Shown piece by piece: positions 25,439 through 36,028 of a DNA stretch of 64,000 bases. A program made the translations under genes and the position numbers. Within the stretch, counting starts at the first letter, position 1. The number at the start of each line of letters is the position of its first letter. A model generated the notes under the pieces. The model worked only from the letters and a program-made list of their open reading frames with translations. It was not told the DNA's origin and ran no database searches. Source of the stretch: Flavobacterium sp. (GTDB lineage Bacteria; Bacteroidota; Bacteroidia; Flavobacteriales; Flavobacteriaceae); the NCBI GenBank assembly GCA_036399435.1, contig DASWND010000162.1, forward strand, positions 6,280 to 70,279, read 5' to 3'.

Positions 25439-26434
25439 ATGAAAAAGATTATTGCAGCATCAATTTTATGCCTGTTGTCACTCGCAATCCAGGCGCAGCA
25501 AAACAAGCTAACGGCAACTGGTCTTCGGATGGAGAACATCACGTATCCATTTCCAGTTAAAGAAATCCAGCTGGAAATTCAGGGTGAAAAACTGGCAATG
25601 TCATATATGGACGTGCTTCCTCAGAAACCAAACGGCAAGGTTGTCATGCTCCTACATGGAAAAAACTTTTCTGCTGTCTATTGGGAACAAACGGCAAACG
25701 ACCTCTTAAAGAACGGATACCGCGTCATCATGCCTGACCAGATCGGATTCGGAAAATCATCCAAGCCCGAAGATATTCAATATACTTTTCAATTACTCGC
25801 GCAAAATACGAAGGCAGTGCTTGATGCAATTGGAATTAAAAAAGTAAGTGTTCTTGGTCATTCAATGGGAGGAATGCTGGCGGTGCGTTTTGCATTGATG
25901 TATCCGGAGATGACTGAAAAGCTTATTCTTGAAAATCCAATCGGCCTTGAGGATTGGAAAATCGTAGTTCCATATCAAACAGTTGACGATTGGTATAAGG
26001 GCGAACTTGCTCAGACTTACGAAAAGATGAAGCAATACCAACTTGAATTTTACTATGGCAACAAGTGGACACCCGAGTATGATAAGTGGCTGAATATTCC
26101 TGCAGGCTGGACTTTAAATAAAGATTATGAAGTTATCGCCAGAAATTCAGCTTTGACTTCTGACATGATCTTTACTCAGCCCGTTGTCTATGAGTTTCAA
26201 AATATTCAAGCACCAACTTTACTCATCATTGGTCAACGCGACCGGACCGCTTTAGGAAAAGCAAAAGCACCTAAAGAAGTTCAGGAAACATTAGGAAATT
26301 ATCCCGCGCTCGGTAAAGCTGCCGCTGCTAAAATTAGAAATTCAGAGTTGGTAGAGATTAACGACGTTGGACATTTGCCGCACATCGAAGCTTATGACGC
26401 TTTTATTAAACCGCTGCTTAAATTCTTAAACTAG
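25439..26434 (+). CDS. Secreted alpha/beta hydrolase
   Basis: I chose the ATG at 25439, giving signal peptide MKKIIAASILCLLSLAIQAQQ. It has the nucleophile elbow GHSMGG and a C-terminal GHLPH motif. The longer track ORF overlaps the cupin gene. Confidence 0.85.
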   Translation: MKKIIAASILCLLSLAIQAQQNKLTATGLRMENITYPFPVKEIQLEIQGEKLAMSYMDVLPQKPNGKVVMLLHGKNFSAVYWEQTANDLLKNGYRVIMPDQIGFGKSSKPEDIQYTFQLLAQNTKAVLDAIGIKKVSVLGHSMGGMLAVRFALMYPEMTEKLILENPIGLEDWKIVVPYQTVDDWYKGELAQTYEKMKQYQLEFYYGNKWTPEYDKWLNIPAGWTLNKDYEVIARNSALTSDMIFTQPVVYEFQNIQAPTLLIIGQRDRTALGKAKAPKEVQETLGNYPALGKAAAAKIRNSELVEINDVGHLPHIEAYDAFIKPLLKFLN

Positions 26435-28338
26435 TTTTTAATAAATTTCATCTGTTTTAAACCTGCGCTTGTTGTGATTTTGATAAGATGCATTCCGCTT
26501 GGAAGTCCGGAAACATCAACTTGTGTGCTATTTGCCGAAAGTAGCTTTTGACCCAAAACATTGAACACGGAAACATCAACAATTTCAATATTGTCAGAAA
26601 TCGAAATATTTAACATTGAAGAAACAGGATTGGGCGAGATCATCACGCTTTGAAGGAAGTCGATTGATTCTGTTGATAAACTTGCCGTGTTTCCTGCAGA
26701 TAAAATATCATTTTCAACATCAAAAGCTACATTGGTAACAACGAAAGGGACGTCAACGAAAAACGTCTGAATATCAGAATCATTATTTAGCACGTAAGTC
26801 GCCTGAGCACCATTGCTTCCGTACAAAGTCACAGGAACAGGCATTTCAAAAAAGCCTACCGATGGATGTGACTGCCCTTGATATATAATAATTTTTGCTT
26901 GTCCGCTACCAACATTCTGCGCGGTCACGTTATAGATCGGATAACCTTCACCATAGACCCAATCAGCAAAATATTCATCGAGCTCCATTCCTGACACAGC
27001 TTCCATATGAAACAAGAGATCGGGAGTAATAGCAAAGGAATAAGCAAGATCAGGATCTGCCAGATAATTTTTTACACCTTGAAAAAACGCGGCATCACCA
27101 AGTTTAAATCGCAACATATGTAGTACCATTGCGCCTTTATTATATGAAAGCCTGCTGCTGAAAATCCTGCCGACATTCTCGTCTTGATCTTCAGGAACGT
27201 AAACCGATCCGCCGGGCTGCGTTGTCACAACAAACTTCTTGAACCCTTTCCAGTCGATGAATGACTGCTCACCATCAAAGTTTTCAACAACGAGGCCTGT
27301 TAAGTATTCAGCAAAACCTTCGTTAAGCCAAATGTCATTCCACGCTCCGCATGTTACTTTATCCCCGAACCACTGATGCGCCAGTTCGTGAGCAATCAGG
27401 TTACGGCTAAATCCGCCCATAAATGAAACAGTTGAATGTTCCATTCCGCCACCAAAGTTGAATTGTGCATGGCCGTATTTCTCATCACGAAATGGATATG
27501 GCTCAAATAGAGATTCGAACAAGTTCATGATCGGAAGCGTCAATGCAAGGCCCGTTTGTGCTGCTTCAAGATTTTCAGGATAAATGTAATTTACTATCGG
27601 GAAAGTATCGGGAGCAATTCCGGCTTGTTGTGTGAAAATGCTGTAATTGGTGACTGCGATCGCAACCAGATACGCCGGAATTGGGTATGTGTGGCGATAA
27701 TGCGTTGTTTTCATGTTGCCGGTCACGGTTTGAGATTGCTCAAGTCCGTTGGAAACACTCACATATTGCGCAGGTGCCGTGATATAAACATCAATAAGAT
27801 CAATTTTGTCGTTAAGGTCTTGTTTGCAAGGCCACCAATCGCGCGCTCCAAAAGGTTCAGAAAGGGTGTAAAGCACAGGTGTTCCGTTGTGCGTGGTTGA
27901 AGTGAATGAATTATCACCTTCTCCCGGAGGCCCTGCGTAATAAATCACAACCGTTGAAGAAGTCCCCGTCGTTACAACCGAAGGAAGGTTGATCACAAGT
28001 TCATCGTTACTGTTTTGGCTGAAAGTTAGCGGACTGCCATTCATCATCACCTGGTTTACATCAAGCGTATTGCTGAGATCAAACGTCACTGTTGACATAT
28101 TTGAAAGTGCCGTAAACGTTGTTGTTACAATTCCCGTGATGAAATAATCTGCCGGATCAACCGTGAACTGCATCTGATGATACGTAATATCGTAATTGAG
28201 CGTATTTGGATTGACTTCCAAATTCATAAGCGATGAAGCCGATTTCATTTCTGCCTCAGAAATTTCCTCGGTAGTAGATATTTGTGCAGTCGCTACAAAA
28301 CCTGTGAGCAACAACAAGAAAGTATATAACCTGATCAT
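26431..28338 (-). CDS. M1-family zinc aminopeptidase with T9SS C-terminal sorting domain
   Basis: 635 aa with HELAHQWFG plus WLNEGFAEY (gluzincin motifs) and a signal peptide. The C-terminal ~80 aa match a Por-secretion tail (SPNPVSSMLNISI...GMHLIKITTSAGLKQMKFIKN). Confidence 0.9.
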   Translation of the reverse strand: MIRLYTFLLLLTGFVATAQISTTEEISEAEMKSASSLMNLEVNPNTLNYDITYHQMQFTVDPADYFITGIVTTTFTALSNMSTVTFDLSNTLDVNQVMMNGSPLTFSQNSNDELVINLPSVVTTGTSSTVVIYYAGPPGEGDNSFTSTTHNGTPVLYTLSEPFGARDWWPCKQDLNDKIDLIDVYITAPAQYVSVSNGLEQSQTVTGNMKTTHYRHTYPIPAYLVAIAVTNYSIFTQQAGIAPDTFPIVNYIYPENLEAAQTGLALTLPIMNLFESLFEPYPFRDEKYGHAQFNFGGGMEHSTVSFMGGFSRNLIAHELAHQWFGDKVTCGAWNDIWLNEGFAEYLTGLVVENFDGEQSFIDWKGFKKFVVTTQPGGSVYVPEDQDENVGRIFSSRLSYNKGAMVLHMLRFKLGDAAFFQGVKNYLADPDLAYSFAITPDLLFHMEAVSGMELDEYFADWVYGEGYPIYNVTAQNVGSGQAKIIIYQGQSHPSVGFFEMPVPVTLYGSNGAQATYVLNNDSDIQTFFVDVPFVVTNVAFDVENDILSAGNTASLSTESIDFLQSVMISPNPVSSMLNISISDNIEIVDVSVFNVLGQKLLSANSTQVDVSGLPSGMHLIKITTSAGLKQMKFIKN

Positions 28339-28348
28339 CTTTTTTTTT

Positions 28349-28356
28349 CAAAGATA
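28349..28356 (-). promoter_or_regulatory. Bacteroidota -7 box (TATCTTTG) for the M1 peptidase gene
   Basis: Exact TAnnTTTG match on the minus strand, 11 nt upstream of the ATG at 28338. Confidence 0.4.
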
Positions 28357-28447
28357 TTAAAAATCAGTGGGATGTTACTCAGAATTATAACCGGAAGCAT
28401 CATGATAACCACCGCGAGCGACTCCGCATTTATCAAAAACAATTCAC

Positions 28448-28455
28448 TAAATTTG
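28448..28455 (+). promoter_or_regulatory. Bacteroidota -7 box (TAAATTTG) for serS
   Basis: Exact TAnnTTTG match, 20 nt upstream of the ATG at 28475. Confidence 0.45.
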
Positions 28456-28474
28456 CGTTCCTAACAAACCTCCA

Positions 28475-29746
28475 ATGTTACAGATCGCTCTTTTACGTGA
28501 AAATAAGGAAAAGATAATTCAGGCACTTGCCAAACGAAACCTTGACGCAAGGCAAATCATTGAAGAAGTAATCTCAATTGACGAACAGCGCCGCGCTGCT
28601 CAGGCCGAACTTGATGACACCTTGTCGACAGCAAATAAGCTTTCGAAAGACATAGGTGAAATGATGAAATCGGGCCAAAAATCAAAAGCCGATATCCTAA
28701 AACAAAAAACTGTTACACTAAAGGAAAGCAGCAAGTCTTTGGCTGAAAAAGCGGATTCTCTTGCAGCACAGCTGACCCAGAAATTATATACAATTCCGAA
28801 CATACCGGCCGATATTGTACCGGAAGGTAAAACACCCGAAGAAAACCTCAACATCTTTGAAGAAGGCGCTGTGCCAAAACTTCATGAAGGCGCTGTGCCG
28901 CATTGGGAACTTGCAAAAAAATACGACATCATAGATTTCGAGCTGGGTGTTAAAATTACTGGCGCAGGGTTTCCTGTTTACAAAGGCAAAGGGGCGAGAT
29001 TACAGCGTGCTTTGATTTCATATTTTTTGGATAAAAATACAGAAGCCGGATACAAAGAATACCAGGTTCCACACTTAGTGAACGAAGCATCAGGATTCGG
29101 AACGGGCCAACTTCCTGACAAAGAAGGCCAAATGTACCACGTTGGCGTTGACGATCTTTACCTGATCCCAACTGCTGAGGTTCCTGTTACAAATTTATTC
29201 CGTGATGTTATTCTCAGCGAAAATGAACTTCCGGTGATGTGTACAGGTTATACGCCATGCTTTAGACGTGAAGCCGGTTCATACGGAGCGCACGTTCGTG
29301 GACTAAATCGTCTGCACCAATTTGACAAAGTGGAAATCGTTCGTATTGAACATCCCGATAATTCTTATGCTGCGCTCGATACCATGGTCGAACATATAAA
29401 AGATATTCTCCGCGATCTGCAATTACCTTACAGGGTTTTACGTTTATGTGGTGGCGATATGGGATTCACCTCGGCACTGACGTATGATTTTGAAGTTTAT
29501 TCTGCAGCACAGGAAAGGTGGCTTGAAATAAGCTCAGTTTCAAACTTTGAAACATTTCAGGCAAATCGGCTGAAACTTCGATTTAAAGATCAGGACGGGA
29601 AAAACCAACTGGCACATACCTTAAATGGAAGCGCATTGGCATTGCCGCGTGTACTTGCCGCTTTACTGGAGAATTTCCAAACACCTGATGGAATTGTTAT
29701 TCCGGAAGCATTACGCCGTTACACAGGATTCGACGTTTTAGATTAA
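28475..29746 (+). CDS. serS: Serine--tRNA ligase
   Basis: 423 aa with an N-terminal coiled-coil arm and class II motifs (FRREAGSYG, TLNGSALALPR). Confidence 0.95.
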   Translation: MLQIALLRENKEKIIQALAKRNLDARQIIEEVISIDEQRRAAQAELDDTLSTANKLSKDIGEMMKSGQKSKADILKQKTVTLKESSKSLAEKADSLAAQLTQKLYTIPNIPADIVPEGKTPEENLNIFEEGAVPKLHEGAVPHWELAKKYDIIDFELGVKITGAGFPVYKGKGARLQRALISYFLDKNTEAGYKEYQVPHLVNEASGFGTGQLPDKEGQMYHVGVDDLYLIPTAEVPVTNLFRDVILSENELPVMCTGYTPCFRREAGSYGAHVRGLNRLHQFDKVEIVRIEHPDNSYAALDTMVEHIKDILRDLQLPYRVLRLCGGDMGFTSALTYDFEVYSAAQERWLEISSVSNFETFQANRLKLRFKDQDGKNQLAHTLNGSALALPRVLAALLENFQTPDGIVIPEALRRYTGFDVLD

Positions 29747-29751
29747 TAAAG

Positions 29752-31533
29752 ATGAAAAAAATAATTCTACTTGTCTACTTGCTTTTTACCGCAGTTGCAT
29801 TTGCACAAAGCGAACAATTGGCGCAGAATTATTTTGATAAAGGCGATTTCGAAAAAGCACTTTTGAGCTATCAGGAACTGCTGAAGACACAGCCAACACA
29901 TCCGTACTATTTTCAAAAAATGATAGATAGCTATCAGCAGCTTGAGCGTTATGACGAAGCTCAGAAAGAGCTGACGCAAAAGATGAGTACTCAAAATCAG
30001 GCAGGTTATTTAGTTGATTTAGGATACAACTACCAACTGAAAAAAGACGTTGCAAAAGCAGAAAGTTTTTACAAGCAGGCTCTTGACCGCGTCACCGCAA
30101 AACCGGAAGAAGTATACGGTGTCGCCGCAGCATTTGAGCGTCATGTTTTGGTCAAGCAGGCATTGGAAGCATACACGATCGCGACCAAAGCTGATCCTAA
30201 AAAGTTCAACTTAAACCAGGCAATGGCTAATCTGTATGGTCAGCTTGGCAACATCGATATGATGATTACAACTTTCCTCGATGAATCGTATGCCAATCCG
30301 AACAGCCTTATCATCATCCAAAACCAGTTGTCGAGATTTATGGCTGAAGATGGAGCTGCGACATTCAACGACAGTTTACGTAAAGCTTTGCTGCTTCGGA
30401 CACAGAAATCACAAGACATTTTTTGGAATCAATTCCTGAGCTGGTTTTTTGTTCAGCAGAAAGAATATGGCAAAGCGTTTATCCAGGAAAAAGCAATTTA
30501 CAAACGCAATCCGGAAACATTTTTCAATATTATAAACCTTGCACAATTGTCGATCGAAGAAGGCAATAAAGAAACTGCAAAAGAAATATTATCATTCGTT
30601 CTCGAAAACACAACCGAGCAGGATCTGCTTGTTCAGGCACATTTTTACTTAGCTGAAATGCGCGTTGAAGATCCTCTTGAAAAAGATCCGCAGGCAGTAA
30701 ATAAATATTTGACTGATCTTCTGACTGAATTCGGATCAAGTCCGTATACATTGTCACTTCAGACTTTGCAGGCGCACTTTTTGGCATTCAAAATGAACAT
30801 GCGAAACGAAGCAAAAGAAATTTTGAGAGCTGCATTGACCCTTCCGTTGAGCAAATTTCAGGCAGCAGAAGTTAAAATGGAACTTGCCGACATTCTATTA
30901 CTTGAAGAAAAGTTTAACCAGGCGCTGATCTATTATTCACAAATAGAAGAAGATCTTAAAAATGATGTCATTGGTCATGAAGCAAGCCTTCAATCGGCAA
31001 AAACAAGTTATTACAAAGCCGATTTTGACTGGGCGCAAAAACAATTTAAGGAATTAAAAACTGCCTCATCACAGCTTATTGCCAACGATGCACTTGAATA
31101 CTTCCTGTTGCTAAACGACAACAAAGCCGAAGATTCACTTCAGGTTGCTCTAAAAAAGTTTGCTCGCGCTGACTATCTGGTTTATCAGAACAAGAACGAC
31201 CTTGCGCTTCAGGCGTTCAAAACCATACTTGCAGAACATAAAGGAGAACAAATTGAAAGCGTAACATTACTGCGGATTGGCCGCATTTATGAGCGTCAGG
31301 GCGATTTTACGACCGCGCTTCAGTATTATGACAACATCATAAAAAATTTTGGTGAAAGTATATACATTGACGAAGCCTTGTTCTTTTCTGCCGAGATCTA
31401 CAACACAAAACTTCCGGATACTACGAAGGCAAAAGCACTTTACGAAAACATCATTTTTAACCATCAGGACAGCATTCACTTTATTGAAGCACGCAAACGG
31501 TTTCGGGAATTGCGAGGCGATACTGCATCCTAA
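29752..31533 (+). CDS. Tetratricopeptide-repeat protein (secreted)
   Basis: 593 aa with a signal peptide and repeated TPR-like helical pairs throughout. Confidence 0.7.
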   Translation: MKKIILLVYLLFTAVAFAQSEQLAQNYFDKGDFEKALLSYQELLKTQPTHPYYFQKMIDSYQQLERYDEAQKELTQKMSTQNQAGYLVDLGYNYQLKKDVAKAESFYKQALDRVTAKPEEVYGVAAAFERHVLVKQALEAYTIATKADPKKFNLNQAMANLYGQLGNIDMMITTFLDESYANPNSLIIIQNQLSRFMAEDGAATFNDSLRKALLLRTQKSQDIFWNQFLSWFFVQQKEYGKAFIQEKAIYKRNPETFFNIINLAQLSIEEGNKETAKEILSFVLENTTEQDLLVQAHFYLAEMRVEDPLEKDPQAVNKYLTDLLTEFGSSPYTLSLQTLQAHFLAFKMNMRNEAKEILRAALTLPLSKFQAAEVKMELADILLLEEKFNQALIYYSQIEEDLKNDVIGHEASLQSAKTSYYKADFDWAQKQFKELKTASSQLIANDALEYFLLLNDNKAEDSLQVALKKFARADYLVYQNKNDLALQAFKTILAEHKGEQIESVTLLRIGRIYERQGDFTTALQYYDNIIKNFGESIYIDEALFFSAEIYNTKLPDTTKAKALYENIIFNHQDSIHFIEARKRFRELRGDTAS

Positions 31534-31544
31534 AATTATAAACT

Positions 31545-31865
31545 ATGATAATTTATAATATCACCACCAACGTTGATGATAGCGTTCACGAGCAATGGCT
31601 TGACTGGATGCAACACGAGCATATTCCCGAAGTAATTGCTACCGGAAAATTTTCAAAAGCACGACTCGTAAAAGTTCTTATCGAGGAAGATATGGGCGGA
31701 ACTACATATTCGGTTCAGTATCACATCGAATCAAAGATCAAACTTCAGAAATATTACGATGAAGACGCCGACCGCCTGCGTGCCAAGGTAGCCGCATTAT
31801 TCGGCAACAAAGTGGTGTCATTCCGCACCGAACTACAAATTATCAGCGACCATAAAGCGGTCTAA
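31545..31865 (+). CDS. DUF4286-family protein
   Basis: 106 aa. The N-terminus [30 protein letters not shown] is typical of this family, and the gene has conserved placement before rsmA. Confidence 0.7.
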   Translation: MIIYNITTNVDDSVHEQWLDWMQHEHIPEVIATGKFSKARLVKVLIEEDMGGTTYSVQYHIESKIKLQKYYDEDADRLRAKVAALFGNKVVSFRTELQIISDHKAV

Positions 31866-31894
31866 TATTGCTCAGGCTTAACCTGAGATCACCT

Positions 31895-32674
31895 ATGGAT
31901 AAAGTTAAAGCCAAAAAACACCTCGGGCAGCATTTCCTGAATGACGAAAATACAGCACGAAAAATTGCGGAAACATTACATCGTAACAGCTATACTGACG
32001 TTCTAGAAATTGGTCCCGGGATGGGCGTCCTCACAAAATATCTTGTCAACAATCCCGGAAACACGACTGTAATAGAAATTGACAGGGAATCAGTTGCATA
32101 TCTCGAAGCGACTTTTCCACAACTACACGGAAACATTATTCTTGGCGACTTTTTAAAGTATGATCTGCGCCAGCTCTTTGATGGCCGCGAGTTCGCCGTC
32201 ACCGGAAATTTCCCATACAATATTTCCACGCAGATCGTTTTCAGGACACTTGAGAACAGAAACAGGATTCCGGAGTTCAGCGGAATGTTCCAAAAAGAAG
32301 TTGCCGAACGCATCTGCGAAACTAAAGGCAGCAAGACATACGGAATACTATCAGTGCTTGTTCAGGCGTTTTATGATGCCGAATATCTTTTTACCGTTCC
32401 ACCAACCGTATTCACACCGCCGCCAAAAGTTGAATCAGGCGTATTACGACTTGTAAGAAAAGAGAATTTCACGTTGCCATGCAGCGAGAAACTTTTTTTC
32501 ACGGTTGTAAAGACTGCATTTCAGCAACGTAGGAAGACACTTAGAAACAGCTTAAAAAGCTTAAATTTATCGGATGTTTTACGTGAAGAAGCTATCTTTG
32601 CGCTGCGTCCGGAACAACTCAATGTTGCCGCGTTTATTGAACTCACTCAAAAAATAGAAGCCGATGGAGTTTAA
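31895..32674 (+). CDS. rsmA: 16S rRNA (adenine1518/1519-N6)-dimethyltransferase
   Basis: I chose the ATG at 31895, giving [15 protein letters not shown]. It has the SAM motif [12 protein letters not shown] and an NFPYNIST motif. The track ORF uses an upstream TTG. Confidence 0.92.
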   Translation: MDKVKAKKHLGQHFLNDENTARKIAETLHRNSYTDVLEIGPGMGVLTKYLVNNPGNTTVIEIDRESVAYLEATFPQLHGNIILGDFLKYDLRQLFDGREFAVTGNFPYNISTQIVFRTLENRNRIPEFSGMFQKEVAERICETKGSKTYGILSVLVQAFYDAEYLFTVPPTVFTPPPKVESGVLRLVRKENFTLPCSEKLFFTVVKTAFQQRRKTLRNSLKSLNLSDVLREEAIFALRPEQLNVAAFIELTQKIEADGV

Positions 32675-34016
32675 AATCAGCAAGGAGCTTATCGATCAAT
32701 TAGAAATCCTGATTGAAAACAAAAATGACAGGGAACTCGAAGCCTTGCTCAACGATATGCACCATGCCGATATTGCCGAGATTCTTGATGAACTGGACAT
32801 TGACGACGCTACCTATATTTTCCGCGTTTTGGGTTCCGAACAGACAGCCGAAATTCTTCTTGAGCTTGAAGACGACCTGCGCGAAAAGATCCTCGGTCAG
32901 CTTTCTCCAAAAGAAATCGCGGAAGAACTCGATGAACTCGAGACTAATGATGCCGCAGATATCATCGCCGAACTTTCCCAAAGCGTAAAGGAAGAAGTAA
33001 TCCTCGAGCTTCAGGACATGGAGCACGCCAAGGATATCGTCGAACTTTTAAGATATGACGAGCATACCGCCGGCGGTTTGATGCATAAAGAACTTGTCAA
33101 GGTTAATGAAAACTGGAGCGTCCTCACATGCGTAAAAGAAATGCGCGTTCAGGCAGAGAATATTTCACGCGTACATTCGATCTACGTTGTTGATGATGAA
33201 GACCGGTTGCTCGGCAGGCTTTCTCTTAAAGACCTTTTGACATCGTCGACCCGCATGCCGATAAAAGACGTTTATATCACAAAATTGAACTCGGTAAAAG
33301 TCGATACCGAAGATGTCGAAGTTGCCAGGATCATGCAAAAATATGACCTTGAGGCGATTCCGGTCGTTGATGAAATGGGACGGCTTGTAGGCAGAATCAC
33401 GATTGATGATATCGTCGACGTTATTAAAGATGAAGCCGACAAAGATTATCAGCTCGCAGCAGGTATCTCCCAGGATGTTGAAGCAGATGACAGCATTCTC
33501 GACCTGACGCGCGCGCGTTTGCCGTGGCTTGTTTTGGCGTTGCTGGGTGGATTTATCAGCGTTCGCGCACTCGGACTCTTCGAAGGCGCCATGGAAGAAC
33601 ACAAAAAATTATTCTATTTTATTCCGCTTATTGCCGCAATGGCAGGAAATGTTGGCGTACAATCATCAGCAATTATCGTCCAGGGACTTGCCAATAATAG
33701 TTTACGCGGTTCATTATTCAACCGCCTCATCAAAGAAGTGTTACTCAGCCTTCTTAACGGCGTCATTCTGGCGCTGATCCTATTCGCCGGCTGTTATTTG
33801 CTGTTAAATGTGCCGTCGATCATTGGCATAATTGTGACCATTGCACTGATTTCAGTTATAATAATCGCTTCCCTGATTGGAACATTTATTCCGATTTTGC
33901 TGGATAAATTTGGCATCGATCCCGCGCTGGCAACGGGCCCGTTTATTACTACGAGCAACGATATATGCGGAATCATAATCTACTTCTCCATCGCGAAATT
34001 GATTCTCGGATTTTAG
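32664..34016 (+). CDS. mgtE: Magnesium transporter MgtE
   Basis: 450 aa with an acidic MgtE N-domain, a CBS pair and a C-terminal 5-TM domain ([20 protein letters not shown]). It overlaps the rsmA end by 11 nt. Confidence 0.93.
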   Translation: MEFKISKELIDQLEILIENKNDRELEALLNDMHHADIAEILDELDIDDATYIFRVLGSEQTAEILLELEDDLREKILGQLSPKEIAEELDELETNDAADIIAELSQSVKEEVILELQDMEHAKDIVELLRYDEHTAGGLMHKELVKVNENWSVLTCVKEMRVQAENISRVHSIYVVDDEDRLLGRLSLKDLLTSSTRMPIKDVYITKLNSVKVDTEDVEVARIMQKYDLEAIPVVDEMGRLVGRITIDDIVDVIKDEADKDYQLAAGISQDVEADDSILDLTRARLPWLVLALLGGFISVRALGLFEGAMEEHKKLFYFIPLIAAMAGNVGVQSSAIIVQGLANNSLRGSLFNRLIKEVLLSLLNGVILALILFAGCYLLLNVPSIIGIIVTIALISVIIIASLIGTFIPILLDKFGIDPALATGPFITTSNDICGIIIYFSIAKLILGF

Positions 34017-34054
34017 GGCATTTCCCTTTCCTCGTTTCTCCAGCCGCACGGGCC

Positions 34055-34144
34055 GCGCTTTCCGCTCTATCTTTTTTTTCATTTGCTATATTCCTTTGGC
34101 GGGCTGTGGACGGCAAAAAGAAAGGATGCCGCTGCAATCGCTAA
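34055..34144 (+). repeat. GC-rich palindromic intergenic repeat, copy A
   Basis: Shares the blocks ..tccgct(c/g)tatctttt.. and ..ggctgtgg..gcaaaaa(g)aaaggatgccgct..atc..gctaa with copies at 40371-40495 and 60847-60923. It lies directly after the mgtE stop. Confidence 0.6.
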
Positions 34145-34165
34145 TGCAATCTGGTACTAAAATGC

Positions 34166-34173
34166 TACTTTTG
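34166..34173 (+). promoter_or_regulatory. Bacteroidota -7 box (TACTTTTG) for the 2-hydroxyacid dehydrogenase gene
   Basis: Exact TAnnTTTG match, 16 nt upstream of the GTG at 34189. Confidence 0.45.
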
Positions 34174-34188
34174 AGATAAAATCACCAA

Positions 34189-35154
34189 GTGAATTCCACC
34201 GACGTCAAGATACTTCACCTCGATACAAATCATCCGCTGCTGATTGAACAACTGGAGCAGCTCGGATTCATCAACCACCTCGATAACACTTCTTCAAAAC
34301 AGGAAATCGAAGAAAAGATCAGTGACTATCAGGGCATCGTGATCAGAAGCCGGTTTCCAATTGACAAAGAATTTTTATCTAAAGCAACAAACTTAAAGTT
34401 CATCGCACGCGTCGGTGCCGGACTTGAAAACATCGACATCGAATACGCGCAAAGCAAAAATATTGCATTGATCGCCGCTCCGGAAGGAAACAGCAATGCG
34501 GTCGCCGAACACACACTCGGCATGTTGTTATCACTCTTCAATAAACTCAATTCCGCTGATCGTGAGATCCGCAATGGCCATTGGAACCGTGAGCAAAACC
34601 GCGGTCACGAACTCGACGGAAAAACAATTGGCATCATTGGTTACGGAAATATGGGAAAAGCATTCGCTAAAAAGCTCCGTGGCTTTGATGTTGAAGTCCT
34701 CTGCCACGACATTCTCGAAAATGTTGGTGACGAAAATGCAAAGCAGGTTCCGCTGCAGGAAATTTTTGGAAAAGCAGATGTTTTAAGCCTCCACATCCCG
34801 TTTACCCCACAGACAAACAGAATGGTGGATGCAGAATTCATTTCGTCGTTTAAAAAGCCTTTTTGGTTCTTAAATACCTCGCGGGGTAAAAACGTCGTCA
34901 CAGCCGATCTTGTTGAAGCAATAAAATCAGGTAAGGTTTTAGGCGCCGGCCTTGACGTTCTCGAATTTGAAAAAAGCTCTTTCGAAAACTTCTTTGAAAC
35001 CCATAATGTTCCGCCGGAACTACACTATCTTCTTCATTCTGATAACGTCATTCTATCGCCACATGTCGCAGGCTGGACAGCCGAAAGCAACATTAAGCTG
35101 GCGCAGGTGATTGTCGATAAAATCGGATCGGTGTATTTTAAAACGAAATCATAG
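34189..35154 (+). CDS. D-isomer-specific 2-hydroxyacid dehydrogenase (phosphoglycerate dehydrogenase-like)
   Basis: 321 aa with a GTG start. It has the NAD-binding motif GIIGYGNMGKAF and the catalytic region SPHVAGWT. Confidence 0.85.
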   Translation: MNSTDVKILHLDTNHPLLIEQLEQLGFINHLDNTSSKQEIEEKISDYQGIVIRSRFPIDKEFLSKATNLKFIARVGAGLENIDIEYAQSKNIALIAAPEGNSNAVAEHTLGMLLSLFNKLNSADREIRNGHWNREQNRGHELDGKTIGIIGYGNMGKAFAKKLRGFDVEVLCHDILENVGDENAKQVPLQEIFGKADVLSLHIPFTPQTNRMVDAEFISSFKKPFWFLNTSRGKNVVTADLVEAIKSGKVLGAGLDVLEFEKSSFENFFETHNVPPELHYLLHSDNVILSPHVAGWTAESNIKLAQVIVDKIGSVYFKTKS

Positions 35155-35199
35155 CGGTTGTGAACTGCACAGAAATAAAAGATAAACTTTGGTGATCAA

Positions 35200-35559
35200 A
35201 TGACAGGGCGTTCCTATAATTTTTATATTTTTAACGCGATATTAACAAACACAGTCACTTTGGAAAATACAGGTCAGGAGTCATGGAACCAGCCATCAGG
35301 GCAGGATACTTGGAATACGCCACCTCGAGGTGAAAGCAAAAGAATTATAGCAGGTGTGCTCGCCCTTTTATTAGGAACATTTGCAGTCCATAAATTTGTC
35401 CTTGGTTATACTAAAGAAGGAATTATCCAACTGATTTTTTCTGTATGTACATGTGGTATACTGGGAATTGTTGGATTTATTGAAGGTATTATTTACCTCG
35501 TCAAATCTGACACTGAATTTTACAATACATATCAGGTAGGGAGAAAGCCTTGGTTCTAG
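35200..35559 (+). CDS. TM2 domain protein (paralogue 1)
   Basis: TM2 signature IAGVLALLLGTFAVHKFVLGYTKEGIIQL...GFIEGIIYL. An alternative TTG start at 35260 would give an N-terminus (ENTGQESWNQP) parallel to the next gene (MENSDHESWNQP). Confidence 0.7.
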   Translation: MTGRSYNFYIFNAILTNTVTLENTGQESWNQPSGQDTWNTPPRGESKRIIAGVLALLLGTFAVHKFVLGYTKEGIIQLIFSVCTCGILGIVGFIEGIIYLVKSDTEFYNTYQVGRKPWF

Positions 35560-35605
35560 CCTGCATTTCTTAAACAACAAAACACTAAACAAAACAAAAC
35601 AATTA

Positions 35606-36028
35606 ATGGAAAATTCAGATCACGAGTCGTGGAACCAGCCAACAAGGACCGAGTCTTTAGCTACAACACCAATATCGGAAGGCAAAACAATCGACGTTCA
35701 AAAAGTAGACATGTTTATGATGATGAACGCTAAATTTTTTGAGAGTCATGAACTGCATGCTGTACGCGATCGCCTGCTGATGCTCAACGAATCTAAATGG
35801 ACATCCATTCAGATGCTTCAATTTAAAGACCCGACCACAAGTTTGATCATATCGCTGTTTGGAGGTTCATTAGGAATTGACCGTTTTTATGTTGGCGACA
35901 CCGGCCTTGGAATAGCAAAGCTATTAACGTGCGGCGGGCTTCATATCTGGACGATTATCGACTGGTTCCTGATCATGGGCATAACTCGTGAGAAAAACAT
36001 GGAAATGCTGCAGGAGGTTATTTATTAG
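35606..36028 (+). CDS. TM2 domain protein (paralogue 2)
   Basis: 140 aa with the signature SLFGGSLGIDRFYVGDTGLGIAKLLTCGGLHIWTIIDWF. Confidence 0.8.
   Translation: MENSDHESWNQPTRTESLATTPISEGKTIDVQKVDMFMMMNAKFFESHELHAVRDRLLMLNESKWTSIQMLQFKDPTTSLIISLFGGSLGIDRFYVGDTGLGIAKLLTCGGLHIWTIIDWFLIMGITREKNMEMLQEVIY

Noticed and set aside
26431-26434. A 4-nt convergent overlap of the alpha/beta hydrolase and M1 peptidase genes, with both stop codons inside one CTAG.
   Set aside because: It is real but trivial. Compact convergent ends like this are common and need no special explanation.
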